Shown: positions 38,615 to 46,210 of the stretch, one piece after another | Layout of the letters: the number at the start of each line of letters is the position of its first letter | Numbering within the stretch: position 1 is the first letter of the stretch | Assembly (NCBI GenBank): GCA_045604065.1 | Contig: JAZUNH010000059.1 | Coordinates: 37,216 to 101,215 of the forward strand | Direction: 5' to 3' | Origin: Anaerovoracaceae bacterium | GTDB lineage: Bacteria > Bacillota > Clostridia > Peptostreptococcales > Anaerovoracaceae | DNA: 64,000 nt | The notes under the pieces: generated by a model | Databases searched by the model: none | Told to the model about the DNA's origin: nothing | The model's input: only the letters and a program-made list of their open reading frames with translations | Position numbers and translations under genes: made by a program

Positions 38615-39727
38615 ATGGTACTGGAGCTTACTAAGTACAACATATTCGGCGCGTTCTTCCTCGCGTTCTTCGTATCCCTCGTAATGACGCCTGTGGCGAA
38701 GTGGATCGCCCCTAAGGTCGGAGCGATGGATATCCCGAACGACAACAGGAGGATGCATACCAAGCCGATGCCGAGGTTCGGAGGCCTTGCCATATATCTC
38801 GGCACCATGATCTCGATCCTGTATTTCCTCTGGGGCAACGAGCACCTTCCCGCGATAGTTACCGGCGGGACGCTCATATACATCCTCGGGGCTGCGGACG
38901 ACATAGTCAGCGGAGGGCTGAACGCTAAGCTCAAGTTCCTCTGCCAGACAGCGATAGCCGTACTCATGTATTACATGGGGCTCAGGATCGAATTCATAAC
39001 GAACTATTTCGGAGGCGGCGGGCACTGGCAGTTCGGAACGGCCATGTGCTTCATATTCACCATTCTCTGGATAGTGGGCATAACGAACACGATAAACCTG
39101 ATCGACGGGCTGGACGGGCTCGCTTCAGGAGTCGCAGCCATAGCGGCGCTTTCCATAGCGTACGTTGCGTACATACACGGAGACAGGTACGGGATGATGG
39201 TGGTATGCCTCGGAATGATGGCTCTTGCCGGAGGATCGCTCGGGTTCCTTCCGTATAACTTCTATCCGGCGAAGCTCTTCATGGGAGACAGCGGGTCGCT
39301 CTTCCTGGGATTCATGATCGCCATATTCGCGGTGATCAGCCCTCTGAAGAGGTCGACGCTCCTCGCCGTGATAGTGCCGGTGCTGGTTCTCGGCATCCCT
39401 ATCTTTGATACGACTCTCGCGATAATAAGAAGAGTCATCTCCGGGAAGCCAATCATGTCGCCGGATAAGGAGCATCTGCACCACCGTTTGATGAAGTCGG
39501 GCTACGGGCAGAGAAGAGCCGTCCTCATGATATACGGCATCAGCACGATAATGGGCATGGCGGCTGTACTGATGAGCCGCGAGCTGTATAAGGACGCGGC
39601 GGTCCTGATCATGACGGCGCTGCTGTACATCTACGTGTTCCTGACGGATCCTAACCATAAGGTGCCTACGCTGCACGCGCAGGACGACGGCAAGAAAGAA
39701 GCAGAAAAAAAGGAAAGCGGCAAATAG
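38615..39727 (+). CDS. Undecaprenyl-phosphate GlcNAc-1-phosphate transferase (MraY/WecA/TagO family)
   Basis: RRMH..PMPRFGG, GAADD, NTINLIDGLDGLA, FMGDSGSLFLG, DKEHLHH. Confidence 0.92.
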   Translation: MVLELTKYNIFGAFFLAFFVSLVMTPVAKWIAPKVGAMDIPNDNRRMHTKPMPRFGGLAIYLGTMISILYFLWGNEHLPAIVTGGTLIYILGAADDIVSGGLNAKLKFLCQTAIAVLMYYMGLRIEFITNYFGGGGHWQFGTAMCFIFTILWIVGITNTINLIDGLDGLASGVAAIAALSIAYVAYIHGDRYGMMVVCLGMMALAGGSLGFLPYNFYPAKLFMGDSGSLFLGFMIAIFAVISPLKRSTLLAVIVPVLVLGIPIFDTTLAIIRRVISGKPIMSPDKEHLHHRLMKSGYGQRRAVLMIYGISTIMGMAAVLMSRELYKDAAVLIMTALLYIYVFLTDPNHKVPTLHAQDDGKKEAEKKESGK

Positions 39728-39754
39728 AGAAAGACATGAAAGGAAGAGATCGAA

Positions 39755-40804
39755 TTGGTTGACATTACTTCTGTGGATTACAACAAAAACGGCGAGCTGG
39801 TCATACTTGACCAGACGCGTCTTCCGGGCGAGGAGAAATACCTGAAGCTCGAGACGAAGGAAGACGTATATGTCGCGATCAAGAAGCTCAGGGTGAGAGG
39901 AGCCCCGGCTATCGGTATCGCGGCGGCGTTCGGCCTTTACGTGGCCACAAGAGACGGCGACGCCGGCAGCATAAAGGAATTCAGAGAAGAAGTGCACGAG
40001 GTCGCGGAATACCTCAAGAAAGCCCGTCCTACGGCGGTCAACCTGGCGTGGGCTCTGGACAGGATGACAGAGAAGCTCGACAGCTTTGACGGAAGCGTCC
40101 AGGCAGCGGAGAAGATGCTTCTCGCAGAGGCGAAGGCCATCAGGCAGGAAGACGAGGACGCGTGCCGCCACATGGGAGAATACGGGCTCAGCCTTCTCAG
40201 CAAGGGCATGGGGATACTGACGCACTGCAACGCCGGTACTCTCGCCACGGCTAAGTACGGAACGAGTCTCGCGGCGCTGTACCTCGGTAAGGAAAGAGGA
40301 TATGACTTCAAGGTGTTCGCGGACGAGACAAGGCCTGTTCTCCAGGGAGCCCGCCTTACGGCGTTCGAGCTTTTCAAGGCTGACATAGACGTAACCCTGA
40401 TCTGCGACAGCATGGCGAACCAGGTCATGAAGAACGGATGGGTGGACGCCGTGCTTGTCGGATGCGACCGCATGGCGGCTAACGGAGACGGAGCGAACAA
40501 GATCGGGACCAACGCCCTCGCGATACTCGCGAAGGAATACAATATCCCGTTCTACATGTTCGTCCCTACGTCGTCGCTTGACCTTGACACTCCGACGGGA
40601 GATGACATTGAGATCGAGCTCCGTGACGGAGAAGAGATATATAAGATGTGGTACGAGAAGCCGATGGCGCCTGAGGGGATCAAGACGTACAACCCTTCAT
40701 TCGACGTCACGCCGGCTGAGTATATCACGGCGATAGTTACGGAGAAGGGCGTCGTCAGGCCGCCTTTCGCCGAGAACCTGAAAAAGATAAAGGAAATGGA
40801 CTGA
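39755..40804 (+). CDS. mtnA: S-methyl-5-thioribose-1-phosphate isomerase
   Basis: LDQTRLP, VRGAPAIG, RPTAVNL, LTHCNAG, ETRPVLQGARLT, NKIGT, NPSFDVTP. Confidence 0.95.
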   Translation: MVDITSVDYNKNGELVILDQTRLPGEEKYLKLETKEDVYVAIKKLRVRGAPAIGIAAAFGLYVATRDGDAGSIKEFREEVHEVAEYLKKARPTAVNLAWALDRMTEKLDSFDGSVQAAEKMLLAEAKAIRQEDEDACRHMGEYGLSLLSKGMGILTHCNAGTLATAKYGTSLAALYLGKERGYDFKVFADETRPVLQGARLTAFELFKADIDVTLICDSMANQVMKNGWVDAVLVGCDRMAANGDGANKIGTNALAILAKEYNIPFYMFVPTSSLDLDTPTGDDIEIELRDGEEIYKMWYEKPMAPEGIKTYNPSFDVTPAEYITAIVTEKGVVRPPFAENLKKIKEMD

Positions 40805-40805
40805 A

Positions 40806-41672
40806 TTGAGCTATAAAGTAAAGCTCCGTGAGTTCGAGGGTCCGTTCGACCTGCTTGTCTATCTGATCGAGAATTCAGAGATGAGCATATACGACATACG
40901 GATATCGGAGATCACGGGGGAGTACCTTGAATATCTGAGCACGATGAAAGAGATGAACGTCAGCGTTTCATCCGAGTTTCTTGTGCTCGCAGCAGAGCTA
41001 CTGAACATAAAGTCCAAGATGATGCTCCCGCGTCCCGAGGCGGAAGGCCCGGGCGTTGTGGAGGAAGACCCGAGGAGCGCTCTCGTCGCGAGGATACTCG
41101 CGTACAAGCAGTGCAAGACGCAGAGTATTATGCTCAGGGAGCAGTCCGAGCAGATGGAGAACGTTTTCGAGAAGCCGCAGGAGGATATCTCGGTGTATCT
41201 CGACCATCCTGACGAGTACCTGAGCCTCGGGCTTTCGGACTTCGCAAAGGCGTTCAACCAGTTCCTTTTAAGGAAGCAGAGGATAGAGGAGACCAGGAGG
41301 CGCTATACAAGGATCGAGCGTGAGAGAGTCTCGATGGAGAGCAGGATGGAGTTCATAAGGGACTCCTTCATAAGAGCTCTGGACTCCGGCGACATAACAG
41401 AAAAGGACTTCAGGGAGCTGATCCCGGATCTCGGGTCAGGGAAGAAAGGTGCGGCGAGGTACAGCACGATAGTATCATTCACTTCGCTTCTCCAGATGAT
41501 GAGAGACAGATATCTGGACGCTGACCAGACCGAGACTTACGGAAGGATAACTGTAAGGCCGGGAGAAGTGGATATCCACGGATATAACGCGGAAGAGGCG
41601 AGCCAGGAGGCGGTCTCGGAAGCAGAGGCGGAAGCCGCAGAAGAACAGGCAAGTGAGGTAACAGATGCTTGA
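40806..41672 (+). CDS. scpA: Segregation and condensation protein A
   Basis: FEGPFDLLVYLI, EFLVLAAELLNIKSKMMLP. Confidence 0.93.
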   Translation: MSYKVKLREFEGPFDLLVYLIENSEMSIYDIRISEITGEYLEYLSTMKEMNVSVSSEFLVLAAELLNIKSKMMLPRPEAEGPGVVEEDPRSALVARILAYKQCKTQSIMLREQSEQMENVFEKPQEDISVYLDHPDEYLSLGLSDFAKAFNQFLLRKQRIEETRRRYTRIERERVSMESRMEFIRDSFIRALDSGDITEKDFRELIPDLGSGKKGAARYSTIVSFTSLLQMMRDRYLDADQTETYGRITVRPGEVDIHGYNAEEASQEAVSEAEAEAAEEQASEVTDA

Positions 41673-42264
41673 CAGGAAATCGATAAAATCAGCATTCGAA
41701 TCCATGCTTTACATATGGGGGCAGCCGCTTCCGGCCAAGGACGCGGCAGATACCCTGGACATCAGCAAGAAGGACGCGATAGAGCTCTTCGAGGAGCTGA
41801 TGGCCGAATATGAGAAGGAAGACCGCGGGATCAGGATCAGGAGGATAAACGAATCCTTCCAGTTCATAACCAAGCCTGAGAACGCCGACTTCGTGAAGAG
41901 GCTCTGCACGCCTGTGAAGATCAAGAGGCTTTCGCAGGCGGCGCTCGAGGTATTGGCGATCATAGCGTACAGGCAGCCTGTTACGAAGGGCGAGATAGAC
42001 GCGATCAGGGGAGTCAAGTGCGACAGGGTCATCGAAGGCCTTGAGAGAAAAGGCCTGATAAAGGAAAAGGGAAGGTCCGACGCGGTCGGCCGCCCTATCC
42101 TCTACGCGACGACCGATATGTTCCTCAAGAACTTCGGTTTCGAGGATCTGTCCGAGCTTCCTGAGATCGAGGATCTCGAGGGCGTGATGGAGATAGACGA
42201 GGACTATGAGGAAGAGCCTGATTCGGCGCAGCTTTCCATAGATCTGGAGGCGAAGGATGAATAA
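41665..42264 (+). CDS. scpB: Segregation and condensation protein B
   Basis: LSQAALEVLAIIAYRQPVTKGEIDAIRGV, GRPILYATT..FL; overlaps scpA. Confidence 0.96.
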   Translation: MLDRKSIKSAFESMLYIWGQPLPAKDAADTLDISKKDAIELFEELMAEYEKEDRGIRIRRINESFQFITKPENADFVKRLCTPVKIKRLSQAALEVLAIIAYRQPVTKGEIDAIRGVKCDRVIEGLERKGLIKEKGRSDAVGRPILYATTDMFLKNFGFEDLSELPEIEDLEGVMEIDEDYEEEPDSAQLSIDLEAKDE

Positions 42265-42754
42265 CGTCATTCTCATCGGAATGCCTGGGTGCGGAAAGAG
42301 CACAGAGGGCGTTCTGCTTGCAAAGGTCCTGAATAAGAATTTCGTGGATACGGATCTCCTCATCCAGAAGTTCGAGGGGATGTCCCTTCAGGACATCATC
42401 GACATACGCGGGAACGCGTATTTCCGCGATGTGGAGAAAGAGATCCTCATGAACTTCAGCGGCGACAACTACGTGATCGCGACCGGCGGGAGCGCGGTGT
42501 ACTACCCTGACGCCATGGAAAAGTTCAGGAAGGACGGCGGGACTATAGTGTACATAAAGCTCCCGTGCGAGACGATAATAAAGAGGCTGAAAAACATCAA
42601 GACACGCGGGATCTCGCTTGCCCCGGGGCAGACTATAGAGGATCTGTACAACGAGCGCATACCGCTTTATGAAAAGGAAGCGGACATAACAGTCGAAACA
42701 GAGGGACTGGAGATAGAGGGATCCGTGAAGAAGATAGCGGAAGCGCTGAAATAG
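42257..42754 (+). CDS. aroK: Shikimate kinase
   Basis: LIGMPGCGKST, DTD, FRDVE, IATGGS, R.PLYEK.AD. Confidence 0.92.
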   Translation: MNNVILIGMPGCGKSTEGVLLAKVLNKNFVDTDLLIQKFEGMSLQDIIDIRGNAYFRDVEKEILMNFSGDNYVIATGGSAVYYPDAMEKFRKDGGTIVYIKLPCETIIKRLKNIKTRGISLAPGQTIEDLYNERIPLYEKEADITVETEGLEIEGSVKKIAEALK

Positions 42755-42769
42755 AAGGAGGTCATAGTA

Positions 42770-43561
42770 ATGAAAAAAAGCATGATCTTTGCATTTGCCG
42801 CGGTCCTTGCGGCTATGATCCTGATGACGGGAGCGGCGTATGCTGACGTGATAGAGATACATTCGGCAAAGGCCACGTCGCCTGACATCGACAGCATACC
42901 TGTGCTCTGGGGAGAGCAGAAAAGGCCGACTATTAATATAACCGAGCCTTCCGGCCTGGACTGCACGGTCACGACGACGGTCGACGGGACTTCGGGCAGC
43001 TGGTGGTGGCTGAAGTGGGATGCGGTGACCGAAGCCTGGCCTGGCGTCTATGACAAGGACCTCCCGTTTTCTGCCGGAAAATGGAAGCTGGAATGCCAGT
43101 TCAGGCTGGAGAATATCGGCGAGACCAAGTACGTCATAGCGGACGACTTCACTTTCACGGTGAACGGAAAGAAATGGGAGATACCGGAAGCGCCGCAGAA
43201 CTATGACACATACTGCATGGTCTTCGTGGACTCGCCTGTATACAGCCTAAGGATGGAAAACACCATGGACGTCACCGTCCAGAACAAGACCATAAAATAT
43301 AAGAAGCTGAAGAAGAAGTCGCAGACAGTCGCCCCGTTCGGCCTCTGCGATAATGAGGGGCCAGTCACATTCAAGAAGGTCAGCGTCACCAAGAAGAAGT
43401 TCAGCAAGTACTTCACCGTCGGAAAGACGAGCGGTAAGATCAGGGTGAAGAAAGGCCTCAGGAAAGGTAAGTACGTGGTGAAGGTCAAAGTCACCGCGGC
43501 GGGCAACGACACGTACAAGGCAAAGTCCCTGACGAGGAAAGTTACGATAAGAGTCAAATAA
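42770..43561 (+). CDS. Secreted protein with Lys-rich C-terminal domain
   Basis: Signal peptide MKKSMIFAFAAVLAAMILMTGAAYA; the last ~90 aa are strongly basic and beta-strand-like. Confidence 0.75.
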   Translation: MKKSMIFAFAAVLAAMILMTGAAYADVIEIHSAKATSPDIDSIPVLWGEQKRPTINITEPSGLDCTVTTTVDGTSGSWWWLKWDAVTEAWPGVYDKDLPFSAGKWKLECQFRLENIGETKYVIADDFTFTVNGKKWEIPEAPQNYDTYCMVFVDSPVYSLRMENTMDVTVQNKTIKYKKLKKKSQTVAPFGLCDNEGPVTFKKVSVTKKKFSKYFTVGKTSGKIRVKKGLRKGKYVVKVKVTAAGNDTYKAKSLTRKVTIRVK

Positions 43562-43570
43562 AGATGAGAA

Positions 43571-44518
43571 TTACAGAATAAACGGGGCGCCATGATCGGC
43601 GTCCTGTTTCAGGTATGGCTTTATCTTTTCTGCCAGCTTATCCGGTATCCTGCGGACGTTAAACTCATAGCCTTTATCACCCTCTAACCATCTTGTCCCT
43701 ACGAGGTAGTATTTACCGTCTCTTTTTGCGATCGTTATGCTGGCGTCCAGATTTCTATCATTGCTCATAATATCTACGTGGTATTCCCTGACACCTTCTT
43801 CTTTCCAGTCTTTATCACTGTTCAGCCATTCTGGAGTGACTGACTTTTTATGTCCGGTCTTTTTGAGCTCGTGGAAGATCTTCTGCCCTTCATCATCGAG
43901 TTTCCTGTCGTTTCGCATGAAGTAATAGTGGTCCAGATCATCGTAGTATTCAATGATCGCATCGAAGTCTTTCTTCTGACAGTAGAAGTATTCATCAAAA
44001 TTCATCAGTATCGGCATCCCTGTATCATTTTCAATGTAGAACATCTGGGACGAATAATCGGTGGCGGTGAGCCACTCGAGAGGAGTCAGGCGCTTTTTGA
44101 TGGTGAACGCGACGTTATCGTCGTACCATTTGTCGCTTCTGTCGTTCATGAACGTGTCCGTGTCAAAATCCATCCAGTCATTTCTGGTCTTCATCCAGAG
44201 GGACGTCCATTTTTCCCCTTCGAACGTGAAAGCCTGATTGTATCGGTCCCAGTAAACGGTGACGTCGGTAGGGTGCACGGATTCAGCGTGCAGTTCGATG
44301 ATCTCTTTATTATCGCTTCTTACGGCGACAAGAAATATTCCCATGAATACGAGAATGACAGCAATAGCTATTGCACGGGCTTTGTTCTTTCTGCTTATCT
44401 GGATCTTATCTTCGCTTTGTTTTCTGCCTGATCTGATCATCAGGAATACCAGCAGGCCGATCATGAGAAAAGCGATATGAGCAGCCACGTAAAAGAAAAA
44501 TGTCATTATGGTCATCAT
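43571..44518 (-). CDS. Hypothetical membrane-anchored protein (two N-terminal TMs), AT-rich
   Basis: 315-aa ORF filling the gap, two hydrophobic N-terminal segments, composition differing from flanking genes. Confidence 0.7.
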   Translation of the reverse strand: MMTIMTFFFYVAAHIAFLMIGLLVFLMIRSGRKQSEDKIQISRKNKARAIAIAVILVFMGIFLVAVRSDNKEIIELHAESVHPTDVTVYWDRYNQAFTFEGEKWTSLWMKTRNDWMDFDTDTFMNDRSDKWYDDNVAFTIKKRLTPLEWLTATDYSSQMFYIENDTGMPILMNFDEYFYCQKKDFDAIIEYYDDLDHYYFMRNDRKLDDEGQKIFHELKKTGHKKSVTPEWLNSDKDWKEEGVREYHVDIMSNDRNLDASITIAKRDGKYYLVGTRWLEGDKGYEFNVRRIPDKLAEKIKPYLKQDADHGAPFIL

Positions 44519-44611
44519 ATCAGTTCGCCTATATATAGTATAAATAATGATATAACATAATATTTAATATTACATTTAAAGAATAGTATTATATTTCTGA
44601 TTTGTCAAGAG

Positions 44612-44665
44612 ATAACCTACAGACGGTTGACATGTAGGTTATTGTAGGTTATGCTGATGTATAAT
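44612..44665 (+). promoter_or_regulatory. Sigma-A promoter with three copies of a 10-bp operator-like motif
   Basis: ATAACCTACA 44612-21, TGTAGGTTAT 44633-42, TGTAGGTTAT 44643-52; TTGACA 44627-32, N17, TATGCT 44650-55; TATAAT 44660-65. Confidence 0.75.
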
Positions 44666-44682
44666 AAAATGGAGGAGGACAG

Positions 44683-46026
44683 ATGGCGGAAGACAGGATC
44701 AGCGAGCTGAAAAAGAGAATAGAAGAGCTCCCTAAAGGCTACATTTCCCGGAAGGTCATATCAGGGAAAGAGCATCTGTATCTCCAGTGGAGAGACGGAA
44801 GCAATATAAGGAGCAGGTATATAAAGGAGTCGGAAAAGGAATCGTTCATCGCCGCTATAGAGGAAAGGAAAGCTCTGCAGGAGGAGCTTTCTGTTGCCGA
44901 AGGCAGGGTTGAATACAAGGCGGCTCCGAGATACTATCTCAAATGGGGCGACGATGTCGTAGGGGAGATCAGGAATGATCTCTGTGTTCAGTTCGTTTCT
45001 CCTGACCTGAATCAGACTGTAAAGGAATACGTGTCTGAGACAGGCATATGGAGCAGAGATGATCTTGTCGATTTTCTCAAGGACAGGATAGTAAGTCCAT
45101 ACAGGAGGGATATCGAGCAGATCCTCGCGAGACTTGGCCTTTCCTCATATGATGTAATTGATGTTGCGCTGGCAACGCATGCTGTGTCGGCAAAAGACAT
45201 GTTCTGGATCTCAGAGACCGCGGACGCACATTTCAGTGACGCAGTAACAGATGTTTTCGATTCGGTGTTCAGCCGCAGGGAGGATCTTACGGGAGACAGC
45301 GTTGATACTCCCGAGGGGGAGAATGTAAAGCGCTACGGAGTATACGATGGAAAGTACGGGATATATAAGAGGCGTCTCAGCCCGCTGACAACAGATATCG
45401 AGTCTGAGATCGCGGTCTATAGGCTTGCTGATCTTCTGGGCGTTCCGTGCTGCCCGTGTTTCAGAACAGATCAGGACACAGTTTTCTCTGAATTTGAATA
45501 TGACTTTTCAAAGGAGTTCATAATACACTTCAGACATATCTTAAAAAAGCAGAGCTCCGGAGACTACCTTATGGATCTGATATCAGCGCGTCCGGGGTAC
45601 CTTAAGGATCTTGCCCGGATGATCTGTCTTGATTTCATCACGAGGCAGGATGACCGGCACCTTTCCAACATAGCCGTAAAGATGTCAGAAGAACCCAGAG
45701 GATCAGAGGAGACGTTCTACCCGCTGTATGATAACGGGAGGAGCCTTTTCTATGAAGATACGGAAGAGACCGCGGCAAGCGCGGCGGATGACGTAGAAAA
45801 GTATGCAACTTCCTTTGGACCTTCCGGGTCATATCTTGACCATGTGCGGATTCTGTCTGACATGGGGATCAGTTTCGGCAGACTGATCGACCTTGACATC
45901 GATACGAAAAAGATAGAAGAAGTGCTTACGGACTCAGGCCTGACAGGATACAGACTGGAAGGCTCGATCAAATGGATAGCAGCGTGCCTGGATATCCTGA
46001 AGTCACTTGACAAAGATAAGCCCTGA
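44683..46026 (+). CDS. HipA-like (PI3K/PI4K-fold) kinase with extra N-terminal domain
   Basis: GGAGGAGG RBS; YK, ESEIAVY, LDFITRQDDRHLSNIAV (DRH..N) and PLYDNGRSL (DNG) kinase motifs; HipA-N-like middle region. Confidence 0.75.
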   Translation: MAEDRISELKKRIEELPKGYISRKVISGKEHLYLQWRDGSNIRSRYIKESEKESFIAAIEERKALQEELSVAEGRVEYKAAPRYYLKWGDDVVGEIRNDLCVQFVSPDLNQTVKEYVSETGIWSRDDLVDFLKDRIVSPYRRDIEQILARLGLSSYDVIDVALATHAVSAKDMFWISETADAHFSDAVTDVFDSVFSRREDLTGDSVDTPEGENVKRYGVYDGKYGIYKRRLSPLTTDIESEIAVYRLADLLGVPCCPCFRTDQDTVFSEFEYDFSKEFIIHFRHILKKQSSGDYLMDLISARPGYLKDLARMICLDFITRQDDRHLSNIAVKMSEEPRGSEETFYPLYDNGRSLFYEDTEETAASAADDVEKYATSFGPSGSYLDHVRILSDMGISFGRLIDLDIDTKKIEEVLTDSGLTGYRLEGSIKWIAACLDILKSLDKDKP

Positions 46027-46066
46027 GCGTACAATTTCAATAGTTGAAAGAAAGGCGGGAATCACT

Positions 46067-46210
46067 ATGGAAAGAATCAAGACACTGGAAACAAGAGATC
46101 TTAAAGCCAGCATGGAGAACGGCGGATGCGGCGAGTGCCAGACGTCATGCCAGTCAGCATGCAAGACATCATGCGGCGTTGCCAACCAGAAGTGCGAGAA
46201 AGATCAGTAA
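46067..46210 (+). CDS. scfA: Six-cysteine ranthipeptide SCIFF precursor
   Basis: MERIKTL...GGCGECQTSCQSACKTSCGVANQKCE matches the SCIFF signature. Confidence 0.97.
   Translation: MERIKTLETRDLKASMENGGCGECQTSCQSACKTSCGVANQKCEKDQ

Noticed and set aside
43562-46066. Prophage, ICE or IS origin for the AT-rich islet
   Set aside because: No integrase, transposase, tRNA target or flanking direct or inverted repeats were found.
46007-46066. Longer ORF-track starts for scfA (46007), and likewise hutD (6314), aspartate kinase (54357), alaX (51514), cytidylate kinase-like (59574)
   Set aside because: Downstream starts have properly spaced RBS and match family N-termini; the extensions overlap neighbouring genes or promoters.
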